Of a stretch of 64,000 nucleotides of DNA, positions 45,666 to 58,100 are shown piece after piece. Positions within the stretch are counted from its first letter, which is position 1; the number at the start of each line of letters is the position of its first letter. A model generated the notes under the pieces. The model saw only the letters and a list, made by a program, of their open reading frames with translations. It made no database searches and was not told the origin of the DNA. Made by a program: the position numbers and the translations under genes. The DNA is from Tubulanus polymorphus (lineage: Eukaryota; Animalia; Nemertea), in contig NC_134025.1 of assembly GCF_964204645.1 (NCBI RefSeq), forward strand, positions 10,168,001-10,232,000, written 5' to 3'.

Positions 45666-48600
45666 ATGGTGAATGACGCCAAACCAAAAACAGCGAATGA
45701 CAGCTGGATTAGAGAAGGTAAATGATGACAGAAATTTCCAATCTTTTTTTGGTAGGCTTACCCTACATTTTGAGTACCTTGATGAGGTAATTCTTAAGGG
45801 ATGCTGCATCTGTTAGATTGTATTTCCTCCAACGTTTGATTTTTCCCATCCATGAAAAGCTTTGACCCTTCGAGTGCATCTACACTGCAGTGCAGTGTAT
45901 AATTCGGTGATAGACTTTCTTTGCTAAGCACAGTGGCCTACTGATTTAATACACCGCATTGCAGTGTATTGATGTTAAATCAGTATTGAGTATTTATCTA
46001 GATGGATGCACTTGGCAAACATGGAATATTGTTATTAAATCACTAATGATACACCGCGCCTCAGTGTAAGACACATGAGTGATGGTATGCGCTGTGGTAG
46101 AATCTTTGAAAATTTACAAATTATCTCCCGCACTTTCTGGAATCAATCAACTCAGCACTGAAAGGGTTAATTGATTTCGCTCAACTGATAGAATTCTTTG
46201 TGATTCTTAAATTGATTTAGAGGATTTTTTGTGTCCATGGTACAATACAAACAACGGCCTACCAAGTACCTATTAGAAAAAAGGAGTTGATTAAAATTGT
46301 GTGAAAAGGGTAGGGAGGCCGAGGGGAATATTTTTTGAAAGTCAATCTGTTTTGTTATTTTCAGATGATCCGGTTCGTGCATCGACGACATCCAGACATA
46401 AAGACGCTTATGAAGATATTCTGGATGAAAGGCGTCACTCGAGTGACATCCGTTTCGTCACGAGGTCCCATAAGAACGCTCCGTCGTTTAAATACAACAT
46501 TCCCAGAACGCCGAAACAGTTGATAGACCATGTACTGAAAAGTGACAGGGTTTCACACGTTGCTGAACAGGTTCGTGATTTATTTAGAGGCATTCATTTG
46601 CATCCAGAATTTTAAAGAGCTATTTTGGTCAAACAAAAAGGAGGGTTTGAATATTCAAAAGTATTTTAGCACCTTGTTCTAGAATTTGTATGGTTTATAC
46701 ACTGTTAGATATTACTTTATAGATAGACCTATTCAATAAATTACTGTTAGACCTAAGTTAATAATAATAGTAAAAATATATTTTATTATATATCGCAGTT
46801 ACAAAATCTTAACCACCACGCTTTATATCCTGAAGCTACATTATAAGAAGTTAAAAGATTGATCATAGGTGTTTACAAGAAGAAAAGTTTTCAATCTGGA
46901 TTTGAAGGCTGAGACAGTATAAAGTTTTTAATCCTTTATCGTATATGCCTGGTAAAAAGTCCAAAACTTCAGTTTGTAAATTTCAGATCAGTAAAGAGAA
47001 GAAAATTCCATTGGCTGATGTGGCGAAAGAAGCAGAATCCATTCTGAATGAGATGGCGCACAATTTCAGAATGAGATCTATTCGCGGCGTAGCTTATTTG
47101 CTGACGAAAGTTCTCAAATCGATTTATAAGAAAATCTACGTAAACGTTGAAGGCATCGAAAAGGTAAATAGTCGATCTTCGTGTCGAGTCCAGGGTTCAT
47201 AGCGGTCATTGGAAGTCATGAAATGGAAATGGGTCGATTCAAGGCCTTGAAAGTCATTGATTGCCTCTAAAGTTATTGATTCATGTTCGTGGTCATTGAT
47301 AGCGATCTACCTTACCGCACGAATAGATTTTGAAGTTTTTAGTCACAGATAATCTGTAGCTTAGGCATTTTACATTAACCGCATTCACACTAGATTCAGC
47401 GCTTATGAAGTACCGCACTGCGCTGGTGCCGAATTCAGATTAAGACTCGGAGTCTCCCCTCTGTTTCAATTCACCCCATTTTACGGTATATAGGCGAGAG
47501 GAAGGGTTAAGGAGGTTAGAGAATACGCCGGGAAATGGTTTTCAGCGGTGAGCTTTCGTCCAAAACATGGCCTTATTCAAGCACGATACCCGTTACATTC
47601 TGAAAGACTTGAATAATTCACGTTCAAAAAAGATGGAATAAATTCCGTAAACGCCTAGTGTTAGCCTGGATTCATGTCCACCATTATTTTGGTTTCTCTG
47701 TTCTAGTTACGGGCGTTGATCAAAGAGTATCCAGTTGTATTGATGCCGACTCATCGCAGTTACACTGATTTCCTGTTGCTCTCTTATGTCTGCTATCATT
47801 ATGAGTTACCAGTGCCGGTCATCGCTGCTGCCATGGGTAAGTTCATTGTATTTCAATAAATGCACTTGACTTTACGTTAATTGATATTCACGATGGTAGG
47901 CTAAAAGGGCATTACTTCTTTTAACTGATTTTGATGCTTTCATTCAATTAAACTATGCGGTATCTCAGTTAGTCTACTCATCCCGATAACATTAAATCCA
48001 GTTCATGAAATCCCATTGTTAAAGCCTCTAGGCCTCAGCCTTTCTAAAGTTTGATCATTTATTGACGCTGAGAATCTTAACTCGACCTTTAATCACCATT
48101 TCATCCGTCATCCCTATAAGAAATGAATGTCAATTAGAAATTGGAAATCTATCTTGAATAAATATTAACGTACTACACGATTAAGATTGAGGTACTTCGA
48201 ATTTCAATGTGAATCTGGGAGGCTACTTAGAATCATTAAGCACGGTAGGCAAAAACTGAAGGCTTCTTGAAGGAATTGAGACGTCATCATGTCAATTTTA
48301 GATTTTATGTCGATGAAATTTGTTGGTGATGTACTGCGAGGTTGCGGCGCTTTCTTCATCAGGCGAACGTTCGGCTCAGATAAACTATACTGGGCCGTTT
48401 TCACCGAGTATGTGCAGGCACAGCTGTGTAACGGAGACGCACCGCTTGAATTCTTCGTCGAAGGAACGAGAAGCCGAACTAGTAAAAGTTACGTCCCGAA
48501 GAGAGGTGAGGTTATATTGCAACCTCAAGGCCATCCCGAAACAATTGTCTGCTTGCATTAACAGGGTCCCTACGATTCCTTGATTCCATAGAAACTACCA

Positions 48601-51600
48601 CTAAACAGAAAATGCTTTTAGTGGTGTTTGAAGCTTTGAAGAACTTTATCAATTTTGAGAAATAAGCAATCAGATACTAAGAAATTTTATATTAGATTAC
48701 ACCTAAATCAGTACAATTGGAAGCAGGATACTTTTTCGCAATTAGGTGGTTCCCAATTTAGAAACCAAGTTTTGTTATAACGGTTTATCAAGATAAACAA
48801 TACTGATTTAGGAGTATATCGTAATTGGAATATAAAAATGATGAGACCCTTCATCGAAATATGAAATTTTCTCCTTTAGTTCTCCTTGAAAACTGAGCCC
48901 TGGGTAGGAAGTTAGATCTTTTAGATATAGTATAGTTGCTGAGAATAATTATCATAAAAGAATTAAAGCCCATAGAAATAAGATACAGGTTATAGATATG
49001 GATTCTGATTGGGGTTAATTAGGTCTAACACCCTTGTCTTTTATTTTGGGACTGTGAATTCCTACTCGTTTTCCTGCTATGATGAGTTCCTAGCTCTGAC
49101 CATTGGAAAAATTCTCATTTCTGTAATAGTTAAATGACTTTTTATCGCAGGCATGCTCTCTGTCGCTCTCGAGCCTTACTTCAAAGCAGAGGTGTCCGAC
49201 ATAATGATATTCCCTGTCAGCATAAGCCACGATAGGATTCTCGAGGAAGGATTATACGCTTATGAGCTGTTAGGGATACCGAAGCCAAAAGAATCCACAT
49301 CGGTAAGTGTTCGGTTCATGGAAAACAGAGTATAGCTGTTGTTTTCTATGAATTAACATTTTGCATGTGATGACTTGTTCTGCCTAGTTTCATTCAATAT
49401 GCAATTTGTTTCACCATTTTATTCTTCTACGGTCCAATTACTTCTTGGCATCATATAACTTTTTAGGGTTTGTTCAAAGCTAGAAGTATTCTGTCGGAGG
49501 ATTATGGATCAGTTCATTTTTTCTTCAACGATCCGATATCAATTCGACAGTATTCGGATGGCAAAATTGATCGGATTTCACATTCTCTTTCACCGAGGTG
49601 AGTACCGTATATTCTGGTCAAGATTCAGAATCATTAGGCTCTCGGTTCTCGTGCGTCTTGAAAAATGTCTTAACTTACAGTCTTGATGTTCGATAATTAA
49701 TTGTTTGCACTGTCGCAGCACACATCTCCTCACATGGGGTTGGGATTGCCCAGTGTATTGTTGTTCTTAGACAGTATTCTCACCAGTTGTTCTCACCACC
49801 GGGAGTTAGGAAACTTAGTCTCTGAATGAGCAGAATACCTTTGTTGATATCCATTCTATGCTTTATGGATAGACTTTCGTAAATAAGATTCCCAGTGAAA
49901 CCAGACTAAACCATAAGTTGTTTTAACAATCTTAAAGGTCAAATGCAGCCTAATTTGGAAAAATAGCAAAAGATATGTGAATGTGTTATATTAATTGGCT
50001 GTAATTATTCCTAGTTCTTTTGATTGTCACCATCGTTGTATCTTTTCCTTGGTATTTACCTTTTGCAGACATTTGTCGAAGGTCACTAAGGCCGAGACCG
50101 ACTTGTGCCAAGATTTGGCGTACACGTTAGTTCGCGAACACCAGAAGCACATGTGCATATCACCGTGGGCGTTGATAGCGACGATACTATTACAGAATAA
50201 AGACGGCATTTATTTGAATGACTTACTGAGAGAAGTTGTGTGGTTGAAACGCAGTGTGATCAACCTCGATGGATACGTTGATTGGCCGGGTTAGTATGCG
50301 GAGGTTTCATTGTGAAAGGCGATTCGTTTTTGATAGTCATTAATTACAAATTCGAGTAAACCAAAAGTTTAGAGCTAAAACTAGCTCTGAACGCACTTTT
50401 GGTATGGAAATGAATTATGACAAAATTTTGCACGTCCACTTTATCTCTAGATTTTTATGGACAAACGATGGATGATTTTTGATACTTAATAAATTCTTCA
50501 ATTGATAATGAGATTTTACTCGGTAGCACTATAGATGAATAATAATGCTTGAAAGCCTGTCTAAAAATCTGACATGATCTGAATCTATTGTGAAAGAAAT
50601 TTACTGAGTTTTGGTAAGTTTGAAACTAGTGGTTGTTCATTTAAATTGACAAATTTTAACAAAATGTTTATAGGTTGCATGACACCTGAACAGGTAGCAC
50701 TGGAGCAAATCAAAACGCACGAAAATCTAGTCACGATGAACAAAGACGGCTTATTGGAACTGAAACGGGTCGTCGCCAGTCACGCGAAGAGGGCGGCCAG
50801 GGATGAAATCCTGGTGAATGGCGCTACGCATCTGGCTCTGGCGTCTTACAGGAATCAACTCGTGCATTGCTTCGTACATGTCGGTCTCGTGGCGATTATT
50901 GTCAATGCTTCGACGCAAGAGAGACTGCCTTTAGGTGGGTGTGTGAATCTATGCCAGTATTTAATCTACAGCCCGGAACACAACACCTTCCTCCCTTATC
51001 AAGACATACACTATTGTAGGCGCGAAATCTTGACAATCACTTAAATGGTTTTGAATATCTGGCAAGTGTAGTCCTTTTGACAGTTTATTTTCATTTAGAA
51101 ACTGCCCAGTTTCACAAAAAGGTTTGACTCCTTTAAATTTGTAACCGTTTGACAATTTGTAAAGGTTTGACTCCTTTAAATCTGAACACACATGAAGCTG
51201 CACTCCCAATTTCTCAATTCTCGGAGAATCGCCTAGAAACATTTCTGGCCTCGGCCCTACTGAGTTTACTTTACTTACAATCAAACATTTGGGTTTAAAC
51301 AAAAAATGTTCCTCTTCTTACTTATTCGCAGATGAGGTTTACACTAAATATTGTTTCCTGGAAAAGCTGTTGGGCAGAGATTTCATCTTCCACCCTAAAC
51401 ATAGAAAACAAGTAGGTACTCAAAACGGTTGGTCTAAAAGTTATGATTGTAGTAATGTGTCCACAGTTTACTACAGACTTAGAAGAGATTCGCATGCAAA
51501 TATTTGTATCTTTTATTTACAGGATTTTGAACATGCAGTTAAGATTTTGAACAATAGTAATGTTCTGGTTTTAGAAGGCGATTCCGTGGTCGTTAAAAAA

Positions 51601-53700
51601 TCCACGAATAAATACAACACTTTCCTGAGTCAGATGTTTGAGCCATTCTTGCTAGCTTACTGGGTAAGAATCATCCGCCATCCCTTGGCAAGGTTTTGAA
51701 CCAGATGGCGCTGCAAGACTTCACCACGGCACAAAACCCTGCCTGAATAGCCCGAGTGTGCAGGTACATGTGCAGCTTGATTCAGGATGATGTCGTTATT
51801 GGCCCATCAGAAATCGGGTTTTATTTTACCTGAGTTTTTCTATGTACAAATCAACCATAAATTTGCCTCAGCTATATATCACCAGGGAATCTGATTGGCG
51901 CCACAAGAAAAAATTTCATGTTGTGGCCAGGTCTCGATTGCATCAAGTTTAAATCCCTGTGCAACTTGGATTAACCTTCTTTAGCTTGAATTCAATCTAG
52001 AGTTGCCATCATAAAGCGGGGATTTCGTCGAGAGGGTTCTTTTTGAGAACTAAAACTATTTGTTAACTAGTAAAATGTCAACCAATCATGTGTGAATATT
52101 ATCAATCGCCCGAAAGGTGGAATTGAACCACTCTGACGCTAGTCAGCTACAGGTTTGAAGCCTGCACCCCAGACCACTGAGGGTCATTCGGGCAACCTAG
52201 AAGGGTGCCGTGGTCATTATATATAATAGTTATATTTTCAATGATTGATCTGTTAAGTGTTTTCTCGGACGTTTGATTGTCATTGAGAAAATATTTTCAT
52301 AAGCATGATACGGTTGAACCATTTCCTCATGGGTATTAAATGTTATTTTGTAACACAGTTTTTCACGGCAATCTGCGTATCGTATGCTGATGAATCCACG
52401 TAACTGCAGTTATAGATGTTATTACATCTTCTTTAGTGTTCTTAACCTCCTGAAGGTGGCGTAGTGTCCACCAGTTTTTTTATACGAGTTCAACTATCTG
52501 TGTCTAGATATCTGGAACACGTTATCAGAGTGAGATATCTACCAGTAATCTCATACTTTTCATACTTTCAGATAACTTGCCAGTATTTGATGTTTTTACC
52601 CGCGAATGAAATGAAACCGCCGAAGACAATGGCTCGTAGTGTCCAGTCATTGATCACTCAGCTATTGCTACAGTGCGCCGTCAAACATTACGAAATGTTG
52701 TCGTTGGACATGATCAACAACGCTATTCATTCTCTAGTCAATATGGATGCTGTGATAATGGAAACTAGGTAAGAAAAAACAACGCACACCCGCCTGATTA
52801 TTATTAGATTCCATGTTTACCGATAACGCTTACCTTCTTGTTATCGAAAACGAAATGTTGATATTTGTGTAAATAGCGCGTGATATGACGTTCATTATAT
52901 ATTTTTTTTTTCTAGGAACGGCGTCAAGCAAGTATCTGCGAACTATGTGCAATTGCCGAAAATAGCCGAACAAATCAGTTAGTAAACATTCTTTCCTTAT
53001 TGCTTTCTCAATTTGAATTTGAATTTTTCACAATGCTAGTTGAATTTTAGTAGATGTTGGGCAAAATAACCCCTGGGAAACGGACAAGCACATGACATAT
53101 ACCCTTGTGTAGAAGTCAATAGTGTGTAGGGGTCAACATTTTCAAGCCTATTTGTCACTTGCATCATTGACATGTTTGATATTTTAATCACAACACAACC
53201 AGTATGCTGAATGTGCGTGTTATTCTGTTTTCTTGCTGCCAGATTTAGTATCAATGCACATGCGTCATGTACCTATTACCTGATCAGGGGTGGATTTAGG
53301 GGGTGGTCTCGGCGTCCAGTACCCTGCCCTCCCAGAGGTTGCCCTTTTCACCAAGACAAAGATCATCTCTAAACCTGCAATCTGATGCTCATCCTCTCGG
53401 AATTCGTATCTTTTACGGTGTATCTTCAAAATTATATCAACACCAAGGGTGTGACCCCCACTTGTGGCCTTTGACATGGCTGCTTTATCAGAGAAATGCC
53501 TTACCATTTTCCTGCGGGAAATAGTATTCAGCATAAATGTCCCTGATAAATTGCACTGTGTCTACTTGTTGTGGCATCGCTGGTTTGTTGCTTATGAAAA
53601 CTATTCTTCTGTTACAGAATCATACATAGAGAATGCAGACGTTACGCTATCCAGTGATCTCCTGAAAACCACTTCTGTCAGCATCGCTGCCAAGCTTTAA
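45666..53700 (+). CDS. GNPAT: Glyceronephosphate O-acyltransferase (DHAP acyltransferase), peroxisomal (about 698 aa)
   Basis: Exons 45666-45717 (least certain), 46365-46570, 46987-47163, 47707-47836, 48302-48505, 49151-49302, 49467-49597, 50069-50289, 50674-50934, 51332-51411, 51523-51663, 52572-52768, 52916-52977, 53618-53700. Acyltransferase motifs HRSYTD (HxxxxD), [24 protein letters not shown]; C-terminal PTS1 AKL. Confidence 0.94.
48562..48902. mobile_element. hAT-like MITE family F (CAGGGTCCCTAC terminus); copies about 39871-40201, 43110-43429 (inverted), 32330-32520 (partial)
   Basis: Shared cagggtccctacgattccttgattcc and gataaacartactgatttaggagt blocks. Confidence 0.7.
52107..52193 (-). 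tRNA. Selenocysteine tRNA, tRNA[Ser]Sec (anticodon UCA), 87 nt
   Basis: Minus strand reads GCCCGAATGACCCTCAGTGGTCTGGGGTGCAGGCTTCAAACCTGTAGCTGACTAGCGTCAGAGTGGTTCAATTCCACCTTTCGGGCG. It has a 6-bp D stem with a 4-nt loop, TCA anticodon (plus-strand tga 52156-52158), long variable arm, short T stem, long acceptor stem and discriminator G. Nearly identical to the vertebrate tRNA-Sec sequence as recalled. Confidence 0.97.
52217..52226 (-). promoter_or_regulatory. TATA box upstream of the tRNA-Sec gene
   Basis: TTATATATAA lies 24-33 nt upstream of the tRNA 5' end. Metazoan tRNA-Sec genes use upstream TATA/PSE elements. A T4 run (plus-strand aaaa 52072-52075) is a candidate Pol III terminator. Confidence 0.7.
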
Positions 53701-54170
53701 GATAAAACTCTGATCGCTCGAACCGAAAGAGACATTCCAATACGATGAATTGTGGGCGATTTGCGTACGATTGAATTCCAGCTTTTCAACTCGTGTTCAC
53801 TTTTGTTCACAATTCGTCTTAAAATGTTTTAGAACGTTTTAATGTGAGATACCTGATTTCTAGGGATTTCGTCGTTGATGGATCGAATATAACCGATTCG
53901 TGCACATATTTTTCTTCCCACCACATATATATTGACCACTGATTACACAGCAGATCTCGCTTACTGGGTAATTCAGTTTTTTCAATCCAGATTTTCACTT
54001 AATTCGGATGAAATATTTGTTCTACTTAACCTAGCTCTTTGATTCGGATTTTACTTAATTCGAAGAAATCTAGGCAGTGTCTAGTCGTCCGAATTAAGTG
54101 TGTTCTACGTAAGTTCCTGAACACTGCCGTCATTCTTTTTCTTATACAGAATACCTTCTGCTTTACTATA

Positions 54171-54347
54171 CAGTCAACCCCCGATATACTGCCTGCATCG
54201 GTGCAGAATGATTTTGGCAGTATAGAGACTGTTTGGCGGTATATCGGGGGTGTTTTACTATGTATTTGTATAGAGATGTACATCGTGAAAACCTGGCGGT
54301 AGGCGGGGTTTCGGTATATGGGAGGGCGGTATATCAAGGTTTGACTG
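54171..54347. mobile_element. Second copy of pogo-like MITE family B, inverted relative to 28926-29101
   Basis: ta|cagtcaacccccgatatactgcc...ggcggtatatcaaggtttgactg|ta. The interior is the reverse complement of the first copy. Confidence 0.88.
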
Positions 54348-55106
54348 TATCAACTACTGGTTATTGTCAAATGAGTTTTGATTTTATTTTGTCTACCGTT
54401 TGTGTTCTCATTCAGCGAAAAAATACAATTTTATTTACATTGATGATGAAATCAAATGGCTTAACATTTAAGACTATTTTGCTTCACATGAGTGTCTGTA
54501 TGTGGTACTAGTGCTTGATATTATATGTGCTTCCTTCAACCGCGATGTTATTTATACTATTTGAATGAGATGTTATAATATTTAAAGGGATAAATATAAA
54601 ACTAATTTTCATCTAGAAAATTTTGTATTCGTTATTTTACGAACAGGGTGGCCATTTTTCTTTGATTTGCTTTTTCCCTGACATGCGCAATTCTTTCCTC
54701 GAATCCATCTGCTAATGCGCAATCTAGCTATCTTCACAAATTTCCCTGATTTGTTCAGCTTTTTTATCAAATTTCCAGACTATTCCCCATTTTTTTTTAG
54801 AGAAATGAAACTTTCCTGACATTTCCCTGATTGCCAGGTAAGTGGCCACCTTGGTATTGGTTTGTGTGGTGTGTGTGTATGAAGTCTGTGGGCTGCAGCT
54901 GCTGCCATCTAGGAATAATTGCACGCTCTACAAAGCAAAACTAATGTTTTGAGGCTCGCATTCTTATGAAGCAATCATTCTTGTTTCAACATGAAAGCAA
55001 ACAAGACTGGCAGAGATATGAAGCAGTCTACCATGCGCTCGACCCCGACTCCAACTAGTTTTAAGATAGATTTTTTTGACATCTTACGATAAACTTCGAA
55101 TAAAAA

Positions 55107-58100
55107 ATGAAACTGTCGACGACTTTGGGATATTTTCTTCTCGTCGTAACAATTAGTGGTTTATATTTCAACATTGACGGATTTACATGTCCAGAAGCGT
55201 GTGACGAGCTGAAATGCGTTGAACCGGTCGATTGTCCCGGTGGAGTAACGTTGGATTTTTGTGCCTGTTGCTCTGAATGCGCACGGCAAGAGAACGAAAC
55301 CTGCGGAGGACACTTCGGAATTTTCGGACATTGTAACCATTCGTTGCGTTGTACATACGAAGATGGATTTGAAAATGGTGGTATTTGTAGGAAGATTGAT
55401 AAAGGTAGGTCTAGTATGGAAAAGTCACGAAATTTTAGTTCAGGGCGGGCCACTTCGACTTCAGCCAGTTTATGGCCAACATCAGCTTATTGATGAAACT
55501 GCCATTTTTGGTGCGCATGCTAAAACAAAACAAACTTCTATTTTTTCACTTTCATTTGACTTGCTTTTTTTGCTGACTATTTCCTGACATGCACATTGTT
55601 TTCCTGTCTTGATCTGCTAAGAATCCAATCAATTGTCACAGTCAAATACGTAAGATGTAAGACGAAAACTGTTTGATTTTACGCACGATCTAGCAATTTT
55701 CATCAAATTTCTATGATTTTTAGCTTTTTTTTACAAAATTCCCTGACTTTTTGTAAGTAAAGAAACCCTATCTTTTTCCATGGCAAGTGGCCGCCCTGTA
55801 GTTTATACTGATTTCATCAAATTGATGAACTAATTCCGATCATATTCATCTCAGCTGCTGATTGGGAAAATTATTGAATTAGGATTTTTCCATAGACAAC
55901 TAAAAAAGACAATAGATCATTATTAGTTAATAGGAAAATATTCTTGTAATTTTATTACAAAAAAGCATTTTTTCAAATAAGAAATAATACAAAACTGTTC
56001 TGTTACAAAATTCTTCATGAGAAGTAGGAAAAAAATAACGTATTTCGCATACAGGAAGGAATTCGTAATGAGAAAAAATTAGGCTACATTATACGTGGTA
56101 ATCTGGCCGAGTGCCATAACAAATATCTCGAAGACAAAGCATCATTAAGATAAAAGTGAGAGTCACAGCAGTGTTTCACTTTCGTTCTTTTGATGTCTTT
56201 TTTTCAAAGACGCGTAACGCAACAATGTGCACAAAAAATTTACAATAGCATCGGCACGATGCTCTTATAGCTTTGATCTACATGAGACACATAAACTAAA
56301 TCTTTTGTGAAGAGTCTAGTGTACAACGAGATGGTTGTCCACTTAGGCAACTGCTCAAGTCATTTTATATCCGGTTTTCAATTCGTACTTTGTAGCAACC
56401 CGGTGAAATATGTTTACAGACCAATAATGCTACTCAGTAAAGACAGAGTTTATACACTGTAATTCACAGAAAAATTTGCATTAGTTGGATCTGCCTTAAT
56501 CGGAGCAAATCGGCCAAAATAATGAGGTTAAGAATTTTCTCATTCATGTTCCTAATAAATTCTAATCTCTAAATTTGATCGGAAGTAAAAAACACCCCTA
56601 AATCTGACAAATATTTAATCGCAAAAATACTAAACTAAAGTAAATTACATTCGAGTAATCATATTCAAAATTAAACATTTGTTATTTTTTCTTGAAACAC
56701 GTTCCCTTGTACACAGAAAAAAAGCTAAACTTATATCAAACAAAAGGGAGCAATTAATCTGAAATGGGCGGGTAAAAGTTTAAAATTTTCATCAGAGTTC
56801 TCCAAAAAAATCCTTAAATTACTATTGCTCTACTCCCCTACTTATATGAATGCGTGCACTATTTCTCAGTTGACCACATTTTGCCGTACCTATTTTGTCA
56901 CATAGTCTGACTTACACAAGCTTGACATAACCATTAAAAATCAAACACTAATCCATCTTCATTGATAAATGTAATCTCATTCTTAAAATCGTATATTCTT
57001 TTTTACTTGGACTAATGAATATCAAAATTAATGCGGACCATTTAAACATTGACAACTGTGCTATCCTCATATCGAGAAGTTACAGAATTTCATGAAAAAA
57101 ACAAATAATATATTCACAGTACACAGTATAGATTATTATGTAACATATTATCTAGTATGCGTTCACAGATATCCATATAAGTGAACACTTATAACAATAT
57201 TTCCACAAGCAATAATTGCCTTAATAATCACAGCAGATAATTATTGTGACAACGAGGAGTAAATACAGATCAAAATTCCTGACATTGTTAACAACGCATT
57301 ATCGGAATCGACATAAGGAAATGAGAGTGTTTCCCCGATAATGAATCAATGATTGCATAATCAGAATCTTTTACCGACTGAACCCCTGTAAAAGTATAAT
57401 AACATCTAGTTCGGCTGGTACAAATTAATTCGGGTTTAATAAAGATTCTAGTGTTGAGTCTAGACATCATTTATATGATTCCGAATCTAAATAGGCCGAT
57501 AACACAAAATCAACATACTGGAACTGCTAAATATCGAAACCCTTGCTAATATGATCGTTATAAAAGCTTATTACGACGAAAAAGACGAAATCTAAGTTTC
57601 AACTGTGGAACTCCTGAAAATCTTACAATTTTCATGCGCATGTAAGCCGAAGAGAAACTTCAGATAAGCATTTGAAAGCGTTCAAGACTCTTTAACTAAT
57701 AGCCATTAAGAGGTTGTTTCGTGAACATGGCAGGTTGTCATTTCGTTTGACTTTTCATTCCGTAAATGAGTGTTCATTTCTTCTTGCACGAAGTAGCGTT
57801 TTATTTTGCTCGTAGAAATTTTCACGAAGGAAAAAATAAACCACGCTATATCATTATTGCCCGTTCATTATTCATCGCGAAGTAGTTTCTACTACTGTGT
57901 TTGCTCGATTGTCACGCCGTAAAAATGACAAACCTTTTATCTCGGACATCAAAGCATCGAGTTTTCTATTTTTCTCTAAACGTCAGCCGTATTTATGATA
58001 CAACAACTAAACGAACTAGCGCACTTGTTATCCTGTTTATTTTAGAGTTTGTTGTACAAGGTTGGTTATCATTTATAATTTTTCAACGCAAGCTAAAAAT

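Noticed and set aside
47490-47525. Minus-strand ctaacctccttaaccctt as a telomerase RNA template
   Set aside because: Does not match a contiguous CTAACCCTAA template, and no pseudoknot or H/ACA domain was recognised.
31125-53700. Selenoprotein or SECIS linked to the tRNA-Sec gene
   Set aside because: None of the reconstructed CDSs needs an in-frame TGA, and no convincing SECIS was seen by eye; SECISearch would be needed to exclude one.
1-53700. Operon-like lipid/organelle metabolic cluster (ATG2, BCKDHA, APMAP, GNPAT)
   Set aside because: Mixed strands, unrelated pathways, and no synteny evidence available; consistent with an ordinary housekeeping-gene neighbourhood.
57727-57738. ATG GCA G|gttgt as an alternative CRIM1 first exon
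   Set aside because: Phase-compatible, but a weak donor with no other support.
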